A DNA stretch of 64,000 nt, taken from contig CM082597.2 of NCBI GenBank assembly GCA_040954595.2, forward strand, positions 7,341,849 to 7,405,848, read 5' to 3'. The stretch is from Balanoglossus misakiensis. Its lineage: Eukaryota; Animalia; Hemichordata. Under the pieces are notes generated by a model. That model worked only from the letters and a program-made list of their open reading frames with translations, did no database searches and was not told where the DNA came from. Each line of letters opens with the position of its first letter. Positions within the stretch are counted from its first letter, which is position 1. The position numbers were made by a program, and so were the translations under genes. This document shows positions 48,901 to 60,955 of the stretch, one piece after another.

Positions 48901-51900
48901 TCCAACGAACACGTACATGTATATGTGTGTATCTGTGATCGAGATCTTGTGAAGAAATTGTGGGCGTATTTGATGGTCACGTTCATTATGATGGTCACGA
49001 GTGCATGGTCTCGCTTTGTATATATATAAATAGATTACTGATTTATCGATCGTCCGATAACACAATTTATGCACGATTGAGGGCACTCTCCACACTTTAT
49101 ATCATACGTACGCTCCTGCCGCAAAGAGCTGAACCGTTGTGGCTTGTATCACCTGTTACAGGGAGAAATAACGGTACTCTGGTCTGGTTGGTTCGATAAC
49201 TTGTCAGGGATATTGAAATATGAGTTCGAAGTTTACAAGATGCAACCTTATGGCGACCTTTTGGGGTACAGGTCTATCTCTCCAATCTTAAAGAATGACG
49301 TCACTGGAACATCATCTTCATTCACGATGAACATAACAGAACCAGGTATGATATAATTAGTGATTCATATATACATTATTATATTACCATGGCATGTGCG
49401 TCTCATTTTAATTGGTCGAGATGAACGACGTCACTGACCACAAATACTCAGTAATGGTTTGTTTGCATGCCCGTAAATCTGAATAGTAATATTAACAAAC
49501 AGTTATATGAATTCAACATTTTGCGTAACACAAGTTCCGGGGCCCCTAGTCTATTTGCATGGGACATTTTCGTAAATGTTGACAGTTTTCTTGAGTTCGT
49601 TGGTAATATAATGGAAATAACCGACTCCGCCCTGAGCATTAACGTTTGTTTATGGGCGCGGGCTCGAGGAAAGCCAAAATTCATGGGCTCGGAAGCCTCG
49701 CCCATGAATTTTTGGCTTTCCCCTCGCCCTTCGTCCATTATTTCTATATTGTACATACGAAATTTACAAATCTCAGAGCCAAAATATCTGGTTGAAAGGT
49801 CTGAACCACGGTGATTTTTTTTGGCCCGGGTAACAAACAGCCAACTGTGTATGACGATGCTACCATTTCTTACAGGTGACTACTGCGTACTGTTGACTGT
49901 TGATGACGTAGCTGGCAACCACATACGCGCCCGACGCTTCTTCATATTCGATGACGTCAACGTGGTCGACATAGATCCTACTGGGCAGTACCCTTTGTGG
50001 GTAGATTCTGCTGCAACTAATGCCAATAATCTCTGGCAAACCGACTTACAGGACCAGGGTAATAATGGAACGCAGGTAATTAGCATATATGTAAATCAAC
50101 TGGAAAACATGGCCGCCAGAATATTCAAGTTTCCCACGACACATACTGATTTTTTTCTTTGGTATACTGCTCTTAAACCATATGTTAGGCTAATATGTTG
50201 AGGGGGAAGATGACAAAAGTTTATATGCTTAGTGATGAAAAATGGGTAACTCTGAAATTGTACATACATGGATAACGGATATAATCTAGAGATCATATAT
50301 CCTCTCGTAGTGCTTCCTATAGCTTCTCAATGACAATTGCATCACATTTGTTCCTTCAGGTAACCATTCGCTGGCCAGGACATTTTTACAACCAGTTCCA
50401 CAGGCAACACAAGATTCTCAACGAAATCGAAGATCATTCGCCACCGTTGACCTCCGATTATGAAGAAGTAACCGGTCAGCCGCCGCAGACGAGGTCACGT
50501 GAAGCCATACCGAACATTAACGCCATCGTCAAATTTGAAGTGGACTACGCCGTAGATCACGATGGAGGGCGCTCTATAACGACTGAACCTGGAAACTGGC
50601 AAGATGTGGATGATATTATGGTTTGTATTACACACCCAGCACGGATGTTTTCATCATTGATGTTATCATTTGGCCGCTTTTTATATTGTGTTGTACGGTA
50701 GAGCTCGACCAATTGAAGTTGTTCTGACATTAAAAAAAAAACATTTAAATTTGGTCCCACGAAACCAAACGCAAAATGAACACAGGCAGAATGATTAATG
50801 AATGTATATTAAACATGCGAATGCATGGACTATAAAATATGTATCAGGCTGCTTACAAAGACAGATAAATGTGTCGTTTGGTACCATCTACACTTCGGAC
50901 TTAAAGTACATGAGACAAATGCCAACGATGTAAGAAGCCGAAAAATGTCGTGTAAGCTCAAGCAAGCTCACAAATAAGCCATTTTCGTGTGAGACAATCA
51001 GGTACTAGATGGTTGCAGGGCCGGACACTTTCAAATATGATTTGATAGGTTATACTTATAGGCAAGAATAACACTTGTCACATGATTTGATAGGTTATAC
51101 TTATAGGCAAGAATTACACTTGTCACATGATTTGATAGGTTATACTTACAGGCAAGAATAACACTTGTCACATGATTTGATAGGTTATACTTATAGGCAA
51201 GAATAACACATGTGACAATGGACCGACCCGTCCCGGGTATATCAAATGAAAAGTAAACTCAACTTCATAAGGAATTCTTGATTTACACATTATATCTGTC
51301 CTCATAACACTTTTATACGTCCGCATGACAACCAGTTGTTAACCGAACACATAGTTGTTTCTCAAATGAAAACTAAAGCATTTAGCCCAATAACTGAACA
51401 CTTTCACGTTCCTCTGCTTCCCGTAGCAAGAACAGCAGACCTTCGATATTCCGCGTGAAGACGGCGATTCCATTAGACTGTGGGTGAGAGCTAGTGATGT
51501 CATGGGCAACACAAATCAGGATAATGTATTAGTGCACGTAGATTCATCAGCTCCTGTTGTGAATGACAATGTCCTGACATATTTACCTGGAAATAATGTC
51601 ATGAACCTGTTTGATGTACGGTAAGTCGCTGGTTCTAGTGTAGTAAATCAAACGCCTACTTATTTATACCAAGTCAAGGGTTATATGCAAGTATGATCTG
51701 TGGTAGACTTGCTCCAAGTTTATGGGTTCGTAAGTTATGGGATCGCGTTGGAACCATAAGCCCAGTCCCGAATGCGAAACTCAGTACCACAAACTCGCTC
51801 AAAACAAGCGAATACACAACAAGTATTGAGAGTCTTACTAAAGACAAAACATCAACAAGCGACTCTAATGGGCTAGTCTAGTTGTGTGGTTGACTTCGCC

Positions 51901-54900
51901 ACCGTATACCTTTAGATTCTCTAACTCTCATGTCCATTATGTCTCGAATACATTGATTCCAGAATCGATTTCACAGCGTTTGATGATCACAGCGGTTTGC
52001 ACAGTATTGACTGGAAACTAGCCAAAGTGTCTGAGGAGAATATCACCCACGATGCAGGTTATATCGCCGTGAGAAGACAGGATGTATGTACACGTTTCTT
52101 ACTCAAATGCACATGCTATGATTAAACCAAATATGTGAATATACACTGATTACATGTATTTATCAGTCAGTCGCCATCAGAGAAGTCAGGTCCATGACAT
52201 ATGTACCGACATCTGTGATTGGTCCATCTGGTAATCTTAGGTCCACTTGCGGCACCCTGATTGGAGGGACCTTATGTGTTAGGTCTTATTATTATGTATT
52301 ATTCACTAGACCTTTTAGGTTAGGTCTTATTACTATGTATTATTCACTTTACAGCTCCCTGATTGGTTAATGTGTAGGTCTGGTCCTCCAGTTTTCACTG
52401 CCTCATTATGCAGGACCTTGTAGGTTAGGTCTTATTAACATGCATTTTATTCAATTTTCAGCTCCCTGGTTGGTTAATGTGTAGGTCCCCAATTTTCACT
52501 GCCTCGTTATGCAAAGTCTTTTGTACTTTCTGAATACAGTTGTCGTATTCTGTCTGCCATGCTGCCTGCGCGTTGTCGAAGCTCGATCCCAGTGTATAAA
52601 GAAAGGCACTCATATAATGATTGGATTTCACCTTTTCCTTAACTATTCGTGGCATTTTATGTGATACTGTGAACTAGATACTCGAAATAAAAATTGCCAG
52701 GAGAAATTTCGTATTTTATTTCCAGTGGCGGTTTGTTGAAATGGGCTAGTGTTTTGTTACGTAATGCCTTTCAGCGCATCACTTCGTGTAACATCTGGCT
52801 GAATACGAAGTGTGTGCTATTCATTCGGGCAAACCAAAAATATCTTACAATAGAAATGTTTAGAATAGCATTGCATTTCTTTGGGATACCTCATTAGTTG
52901 CTTTACAGGTATGATTACTTTTATTGTACTTCTTTCACGAAGCTGCACCGTCATAGTTCCATTTTTATGAAAACAACATACGAATGTATAAACGGACAAC
53001 GTGCTCCTTATCACAACATCTTCGTCAAAACAAATTTACTTTAAAATAGTAAAACAACAATAATAATATTGATGATGAGAAGTAGGAGGGTGATTAAAAA
53101 AATATACAACTGTTAGCAAAAATGCTTAGATGAGTTAATCAGATTTTCAAAGTCCATCTAAAAATAATTTAATCTTTCCAGGGTGCGGTTTATGTTGGAG
53201 ATAGTAGCAGTCAGGCTATTTCTCAGAAAATCAATGAATGATCTGCGGACATCCCGAATAATGTGTTACCACAACGCTAGCAAGGAAGCACATGGGACAT
53301 TTCACAATGAGGCAGTTAACACATGGGGGACCAGACTGACACGTTAACCAATCAGGGAGCTGTTAAGTGAATAATGCATAGTAATAAGACCTAACCTACA
53401 AGGTCTAGTGAATAATACATAGTAATAAGACCTAACCTACAAGGTCCCTCCAATCAGCGTGCCGCAAGTGGACCTTAGAGAAGAGGATAAACCAATCAGA
53501 ACATGCAATACATGTGTATATGACGTGTAATGTAGGTCATTTTGAAACAGGACTAATATAACACTGCGCCAAGTGGTCAGTGATACTGTAAAACACTTTG
53601 ATTAGCTGCATGTTTTAGAATTTGGATTGTCAGTACATTCAGCGGATATTTAGCTGTAAAGAGACCTTGTCCATGGTAAACATAAAGAAAAGTTTGAATT
53701 AGCGACATCTTAAATGAGCTAATTTACTCATCTAGCGAAATTAGCAAAATAAAATTACTGGGTAAAAGGACATTTTTACAGTATTCATATCAAAATTCCG
53801 CTGCTCTAAATCAATGTAACTGACTGACATTTTTTTCAGATGTCAGAATGTAGTCCTTCAAAGTGCGGATGTATACCCAAAGACAGAGAGTGTTACGACA
53901 GGGACTATTCGTTCACCATTGATCTACCTGAGATTTTTCAAATCAGCGATCACACCAGCGGCTACCTGTTCACTTTAACTGTAACTAATAATGCCATGTT
54001 ACAGACCGTTACGCAATATCTGGTAAGATAACCTAAGATAGGTGACCTGTCAAATGCATATGTTGTTAATTTATCAATAAAATCAACAGTTTTAACGTGC
54101 ATTAAAAACCTGACTGTGATTCTATAGGGATCCATGGTAAAATGGTTCGATGAAACTTATTACTTCTGATACCATTTTTTAGTTTGTCCCAATACATTTT
54201 CATTATGGAACACCTAGTTACAAATTAAAGTTACAGCTAATATTTCATTATGGCAAAAGAAGGTTTGTGTGTTCAAACTTTCTTTAAGAGACAAATGTAG
54301 AATCAAATTTAGGGAAAACACACACAACATTGGCAGAGAAAGTCAACGTTTATGCCCTGTCTTATACCGCAGGTAACAGAATGTCAAGATAAAATACAGA
54401 ATTTGGTTTCGTCAAACGTCACGACAACGTCTGTCGCTTTAGCGTGGGATGCGCCCGTCTGCCCAGAGTCAAATATCGAGTACCACGCCACAGCTACATC
54501 AGCGGAAGCAGACATCGAGACACTGCTGATAACGTCCGACACCGACATCGTGTTTGCAGGTTTGGCGACCAGCACTGCGTACACAGTGACAGTCACACCC
54601 CGCTACAATCAAACTCATTTCGGGGCCAACACTCGTTTGACAATCACCACTCTCTCTACTGGCGCGGGTAAGATATTTGCATAAAATTACACCACATATC
54701 AGCACCAGATATGAGCTACATGATTGAGCAAGTCTATAATAGTGTATCCTGACAGTATTTATTGACGAGGACTGAATTACAAAAATTGCATGCAAAATAA
54801 CTCACCGTCAAGAGGGGCAATAATACGCAATGTATGTTTCGTACAGTTACGTGAACGGGTAATAGCTGATGGGACTAGTTCCCTAGGTAAATTAAAGTCA

Positions 54901-56335
54901 CTCTAATTTCATATCACGTGATCGATTCTGGTAAATCACGACACAGCATGAATATGAGGTGTATTATAATTATAATAATGCTTATTTTACGTTCCCATCG
55001 CAACCCGCAACACGAGAAGCTCAACCAGCGGTAGGAATCAAAGACAGCAACCTGACTTTAATTTCTGTGACCTCTTCTGTGGTGGGTGTTGTGGCGGTGG
55101 TCGCTCTGGTAGCCCTTACAGTTTTGTTCTGTCGAAGGTGAGATGTCATTTTCTGCTTGGTTCCAGCATCCTGGTTAGCAGCAACGCTGTGTGCCAATCA
55201 TTGTTATTGTTGACAAGCGCATTCATGTCCGGACTTGAAACACGTTTTGATAATAACAATGTCGATGAGCTATGTTTAGGAGACCAACACTACCCAAGGC
55301 AGTAGATCGTCTCACGCGCATGCGCGTAACTTTCCAGCACATTTTCGGTTCGATGCATTCAAATAGTGGACTGCCTTCGCTTCCTTCCATATTTCATGCG
55401 CACCGTATAAGTAGATTCTAGTGTCTTTTCCCGATCTCCGACACAGATTATGGTCGCCGCCATCTTCTCTGTTGTTAGGACAGAGCACTGCCTTATGGGA
55501 TTGACCGTTCACTAAACGTCTGTAACCAACGGCTACAGCTGAAACATGCGTGTGAGACGAGCTAGGCGCTTTAACCCTCCCTTAGGGAGTCAAACAAGAA
55601 ATAGTGGTTGATACACGGAATAAGAAAACCGTCAAAAATACGAAAGTTACAGATAGTGGACCCTTTAACCGTAAATGATCATTCTTGGTTCAAATTCCGA
55701 AATACTAGTATGGCTTTCTGCTCAGATCGCCCGTCTCCCTTCTCTTAACAAAGCGTAGAGTGAAACCTGTCATGATGGACAACTGTCTATTTAAGGACAA
55801 ATTTTTCAGGAGAAAAGTCACTGATTTAATAGAATATTACCTGTCTATTAAGGACACCCCTATATTAAGGACAAATTTTCTGGTCCCAGAGGCGTCCTTA
55901 ATAGACATGTTTTAATGTAAAAAAATTATTAGTAAAAATGTGATTTTTGTAGAACTTGTCTTCTGTTGCAGACGTGCACAAAAAACACCCACCGGTGGCA
56001 ACACCACAAGCGGCGACGAACACGATCTTAACGGCAGATCGGCATCAGATATGGCACAGCCAAACCCAGATCTCAACAACTACGAATATTCAAACGACAC
56101 GTACTACTCGGAAATATCCAAGGGATCTTCAGCAGCAGCGGCAGCCGATGCCAACGTTTACGAAGAAGTCAAACCGAGAGGCCAATTGCAACCGGAGTAC
56201 TGTGACGTCAAAAAGGGAACTGAAACAGAGTCGGAGTACTGTTCACTGACCCCCGGATGTGAATCCAGCGCCACGTACACTGGTTTGTGTTTCGATAACA
56301 CCAACAACGTGAAGGATCCGACAGATTCCGAGTAG
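42949..56335 (+). CDS. Uncharacterised type I membrane protein (~1040 aa): SP, TSP1, EGF-like/Cys-rich, Ig/FN3-like ectodomain, FN3, TM, Tyr-motif-rich cytoplasmic tail
   Basis: Exons 42949-43294, 45810-45956, 46432-46542, 46763-47020, 47316-47442, 48284-48503, 49162-49345, 49876-50075, 50360-50620, 51427-51620, 51963-52083, 53840-54022, 54373-54667, ~55029-55137 (acceptor ambiguous among several in-frame AGs), 55972-56335; all GT-AG with consistent phases. EGF CYPGTC..SCTCAPGFSGDNC. Beta-sandwich motifs WSGWFDNLSGILKYEFEV and FTAFDDHSGLHSIDW. FN3 NVTTTSVALAWDAP..GLATSTAYTVTV. TM LISVTSSVVGVVAVVALVALTVLFCRRR. Confidence 0.85.
45972..46357. mobile_element. MITE, same family as 32684-32939
   Basis: TAGTTTGGTCCTCTGCCCCATTCCCAGCGCTGGCTGCGCTACGCTAAA...TTTAGCGTAGCGCAGCCAGCGGTGGGAATGGGGGCAGGGGACCAGACTA; lies ~15 bp downstream of a splice donor. 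Confidence 0.85.
47536..48045. mobile_element. Second copy (reverse orientation) of the 11212-11718 element, TGAA TSD
   Basis: TGAA|AGGCACATGAGCTGCAAC...GTTGCAGCTTACGTGCCT|TGAA; internal sequence is the reverse complement of 11212-11718. Confidence 0.88.
48543..48885. mobile_element. MITE, same family as 7544-7890
   Basis: TTAA|AGGGAAAAGTCTCTCTCTCGCTGCCC...GGGCAGCGAGAGAGAGAGAGACTTTGTCCTT|TTAA. Confidence 0.85.
51037..51214. repeat. 45-bp minisatellite, 4 copies, intronic
   Basis: ATGATTTGATAGGTTATACTTATAGGCAAGAATAACACTTGTCAC head to tail x4, no spacers. Confidence 0.93.
51704..51880. mobile_element. Shorter member of the 41215-41527 family
   Basis: GATCTGTGG|TAGACTTGCTCCAAGTTTATGGG...AGCGACTCTAATGGGCTAGTCTA|GTTGTGTGG (degenerate 9-bp TSD). 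Confidence 0.7.
52240..53474. mobile_element. Non-autonomous PIF/Harbinger-like element (~150-bp TIRs, TTA TSD)
   Basis: TTA|GGTCCACTTGCGGCACCCTGATTGGAGGGACCTT...AAGGTCCCTCCAATCAGCGTGCCGCAAGTGGACC|TTA; subterminal repeats TTAGGTCTTATTA. Confidence 0.85.
55303..55570. mobile_element. MITE (family also at 63442-63772 and, reversed and degenerate, at ~44350-44540)
   Basis: TAGATCGTCTCACGCGCATG...CATGCGTGTGAGACGAGCTAGGCGCT|TTAA; shared core ATTTCATGCGCACCGTATAAGTAGA. Confidence 0.8.
55757..55919. mobile_element. Degenerate Tc1/mariner-type MITE
   Basis: TA-GAGTGAAACCTGTC...GACATGTTTTAATG-TA with internal repeats CTGTCTATT(T)AAGGAC. Confidence 0.5.
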
Positions 56336-57011
56336 ACTCAAGTCTTTGCCATGTATTCTCTTATGGCAATATTTTGCGGGGTTTATAATCCCCTACAACA
56401 CAGTCAAAGATCAATGGCAATGTTATGCGGAGTTAACAGTCGATTACATGATATCGGAGTCACACCACCAAATTAACTGTCAAGTATACAGAATGAATTT
56501 CAATATAAGGGACATCATTTAAAATTCCTTGCATTCTATTACATGTACAATGTACTCATTTTTTTAAGGTTTATGGAGGTATACCGTTATGAGGAACATC
56601 GACTCAGAAAACAAAGATGGTTTTATAAGATTAATCATGATAGCAACTTTAAGTCATAAACAGATTCTGGTTAATCAGATTTTAATGTGTTGTAGGGCCT
56701 ACACTTAACTAGACTGGGATACGTATTTCACTGCATCTCTAATTTTAAATAATCTAACCACAGGCCTGTGATACATTTTTCTCTGAGGATGTTTATTATT
56801 CATCTTTTTGTGGGTTGTCAGTCTGTTCAAATCTTGTGGAATTATGTATTTAGTATAATTTCAAAATTACCAAATGTCACAAATATCAAAACCAGAGATA
56901 AAGTTTTGATAATGCGTTTTGGTTATCCTGACAAGACTGATAAATATGAGCAAACGCTGATCAATATTTTACTTGCACTAGCAATACACCATTCATTGCA
57001 GAAGACTTGTA

Positions 57012-57392
57012 TTATAGTGAAAGCTTGAACGAATCGACAAGTTTGATGGTTTCGTCATGTAAAGTATCGTTCCGATAATCTATCCAAATGACAAGCTGTA
57101 CCTTGTCGCCATCGTATTCAGCTGCTTCCAACGAATCCAATAGGCGCTGTAAACTCTTCGGCCGATTCATAGTCAACACGACGAGAGACCAGTGTATCTG
57201 ATTATCAACTTTCCCGCGCGTCTCAATCGTATCCCATCGCGTTTCGTGATATATCGGTGCCAACTTTTTCACAATCGACGGAGCTTTTCTCAGAGCGGTA
57301 AGCTTGACCATTGGTAGTGACCAAGTGTGCGCGTTTATCATAATAATGGCGTATAGTACACACAGGACACGAAAATGAACAAGGTGAAGCAT
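57012..57392 (-). pseudogene. Truncated GT-A fold (GT2-like) glycosyltransferase: N-terminal signal anchor and start of catalytic domain only
   Basis: Hydrophobic N-terminus, then WSLVVLTMNRPKSLQRLLDSLEAAEYDGDKVQLVIWID..ETIKLVDSFK, a typical GT2-like first strand/helix. Stops after 126 aa; no convincing splice donor or downstream exon was found. Confidence 0.65.
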
Positions 57393-58322
57393 CGTGTATA
57401 TGTGAGCTTGATCATGATGGAAGCGGAATGTTTGGCTACCTTTCTGCTTGCAATCAAAGTTGTGATTAATTACAGATGATACTGAAGACAGTACAGTTTT
57501 GTAGCTGTATACGTCATGTAGGTTCCACGCACTTCATTGGCTAACAACCCTTCATGTGAACAAGAGGGATGTACGTTTTCATATTTGTTAAATCATTCAA
57601 ATAAAGATTTCATGGCCATAAAAATTATGGTAGGCTAAATCACATTGCCTCTATTACAGTTGGCTAAATGGACCTGTAGTTTTTTTCCACGAAAACAAAA
57701 GCTACTATTAGCTAAAAATAGAACCAGTTACTGAAAAGAGCTGAAAAAAAGAAAATCACAAAATCGAATATATAAAAAAAGAAAACTCGCGAAAACCAAA
57801 TTAAAAGAAAAAAACGGTGCTCTAATAGGCTTCCATATGTGTTTTGGAAAATATGAAAACTCTTCTTTCAGCTGAATATATGAAACATGGACTCATGTTT
57901 CACAATTTGCCACGTTTTTGGAAAACTATCAGATTTAATATGCCGCCAAAACCAGAGGAACCACACTTTGAACCACACTCGTCTTCCCGTGACCTTGTGT
58001 TACACTATTATATAAGGATTATGATAATCGACTGAATGGTCTTTTCAATATAAAACACGAGAGGGGCCTCTTACAGGAATATTCATGCGGTTCAAACATT
58101 TTGTTATATAATTTCTTTTTTTCTTACAAATTGGCCAAAATACGCCTCGTACCTGTATAACAAAGGTGAATTTTAATGGAACCATACTTTGTTAGGAAGG
58201 ATTGAATAGCCTTTTGTACAATGCCACAGTGTTATAAAACAGTACATAAATAGTGCTGTGGCAGCTGATCGTATCACAGTCCATCTATCTGTGCTCAGAC
58301 TACTTGGCATCAACGCGACACC

Positions 58323-60916
58323 ATGGCATATGAACTGCAGGGGAAATCAGTCCTGATTACCGGTGCTAACCACGGTCTCGGACTTGGATTCGTTCGTCAG
58401 CTTCTGGATTTATCTTCGCCACCGAAGTACATCTTTGCTAGTTGCAGAAAATCTGAAGAGGCAGAGGTAAATAAAACATTCTATATCTAAAAAGTCCATT
58501 TCAACGTTGACCGGACAACTCTTCCTCTGTTTGTAGTTCTGATTTGAAAGTTTAAAAAAAACACAATTTGTTTCGACGAGTTACGTCCTCAATCATTTAG
58601 TGCACGGCGTGAGAAGGAGAGGGTGTTCCTAAAGCTACCAAGAGAGGAATTCTCAGAAAATGAACTCATTAGTTCTGCGGTATATATTGAACACCTATTG
58701 CTTGGCCATGAGGGCCATAGCAGCCGTTTCTTACCCCCGAGGGGCTGAGAGTTACCAGAATCAGTAGGCCGAGGGAAATAGCACATGATTCTGGTAACTT
58801 ACAGTCACGAGGGGGCAAAAACGGCTGCTATGGCCCGAATCAGTATTGGCCAGGCATAAACGTGAAGCGCCAGGAAACAAGCATTTACAGTTATATCCAC
58901 CTGTTTATTATACTGACACACAAAAACAGACAAAAATACATATTACATGTCACGATGGCCGTTGTGGCTACAGGCTTGAACTGAATACAAATTACAAACG
59001 AACTTACTTTGGAATTACACAACTTGAAGACCGACTACAATTATTACGTGTTTAAGGTCGGCACGTAAAAATTATGGTAGGTCGGGTGATGTTTTTGCCG
59101 TGTTGATGATCCCGTCCAACTGACATCAACACATGCACATGTCTCAAATTGTTACATGGTCATGTCTTTTTAAGGAGCTGAGAAATCTGTCCATATCCAA
59201 CCCATCGGTCCATGTTCTGAAGCTCGGTAAGTATCTTCGCCGTCTCTGATAAAACTGTTGTACAAAATTGTACAGAATGGTTTGAGGATGTATGATCGGT
59301 GAATAGAAAGGGTTGAAAGTGTTTTGTTTATGGCCGATTTTTGTATTCAAAAAATGGGGTCACCATACTGGTCTCAAAATACAAAGCCGTGAACATTGTT
59401 GATAAAAATATGCCGAGTCAGCTTTTTATTCTGTTTTAAAAAAAATTAAACGAAATGAATACATGTATTGCGATAATGAATAAGTTCAGTATAAATTCAA
59501 TCAAATCGTCTCATCAATTTACTGTTTTTCACCCCCATTCCCCTTTATAGAGGTCCAACGTAACCACAGAAAACAATTGGTTTGGACCAAACTATGGCGA
59601 TGAGTGGGTTAAATTCTACTAGTTATGGAGCTGTCACTATAGTAACTTTATGGTTTTACCTGCGATGCGACTTTTTCACCTTCTTGCATTTGGCAGATTT
59701 GGAGGACGAGGCAAGCATTGTAACCTGTGCTGAGCTAGTGCAAAGCATGGTGGGAAGCGACGGTTTGAACATACTCATCAACAACGCTGGAGTCCAACTT
59801 GAAGAGTTCACCGATAGACTTGCGGATTTAACTGTCGAAAAAATGACTAGAACGTTGAACATCAATTGCGTGGGAACTACAATGGTAACTAAGGTGCGTC
59901 TTCTATATTGCCGCCGACATTATCATTTCACTCATGTCTCGGCTATACCTGCCATCAAAACTTGAAATGCATTTTATATTGTGTTGTTTTTAGTTTCCTT
60001 CACTATATCTTCAAGCTTTCGTTATTCAACAAGAAGGAAGTAATATACGTTGGGCTAGAGTTGTTTGGAGCCTTGCCAACGTATTGTCTACTGTTGTACT
60101 GTTGCAACACAGCCATTGGTAATGAGCTTTAAAATGAATTTAAGTCGGGCATAAATTAATTTGACTGTCAACAATATCAGGGGCTGCAACTCATGCGCAG
60201 GCTTTGCTGGGAAGCTAAAGACCGAATATTTCATAAATCTTTCCACAGTAGAGGAAAAAACGGAGATGATAGATGGAGGGAAAATACTGAAATAAATATA
60301 TACTAGTGCCGTGTCTCCATAGTGATGGCGGGATACATTCGTAGGTCTGGTCTCCGTGTCGGGTGATGGTGATTGATGATGATGAGACGATGTCAGTTAA
60401 TGAAGAGACGGGTCTGGAACACGTGTAGAGTAGATTTTAAACGCCGATGACTTTATTAAGAAAGACCAGCCGTGGACATACAGGACAAGACCTGTAGTCC
60501 AGGCTGGATCAGCGGAACTGAAGTGCCAGGGAACTGACTTCTTGCAATCAAAGTCGCTCTTTTCATATTGTGGCTTCAGTATCACATTAATCGTATGATA
60601 AATGTATTCCCATATTTTTCGGAGTGTGAGGTTCTTTTAATCTCTTTTATACTAGTCTCATTCTATTTTTCATACATTCCCGCAGAATTTCCTGCCACTG
60701 ATTGAGCGTGCCTCCAAACAAATCACAGATGGAAAGTTCAATCCCACACAGGCGGCAATCTTCACCATGACGGCCATATGGGGGTCAGTATCCAAGATGG
60801 AACACCGACTGGGCTGTCATTGGAATTCGTTCAGCGTGTCAAAGGTGGGCGTCTGTACATGTTGGGAAATGCTTTTTAGGGGAGAAGCATTCGATTTATT
60901 GGGGTGTTGTTGTTGT

Positions 60917-60955
<39 letters not shown>

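Noticed and set aside
51037-51214. 45-bp repeats as a CRISPR array
   Set aside because: Head-to-tail units without unique spacers, inside a eukaryotic intron, no cas genes: a minisatellite.
60322-60586. Possible solo LTR in the SDR intron
   Set aside because: Termini imperfect and no TSD; cannot be supported without a repeat library.
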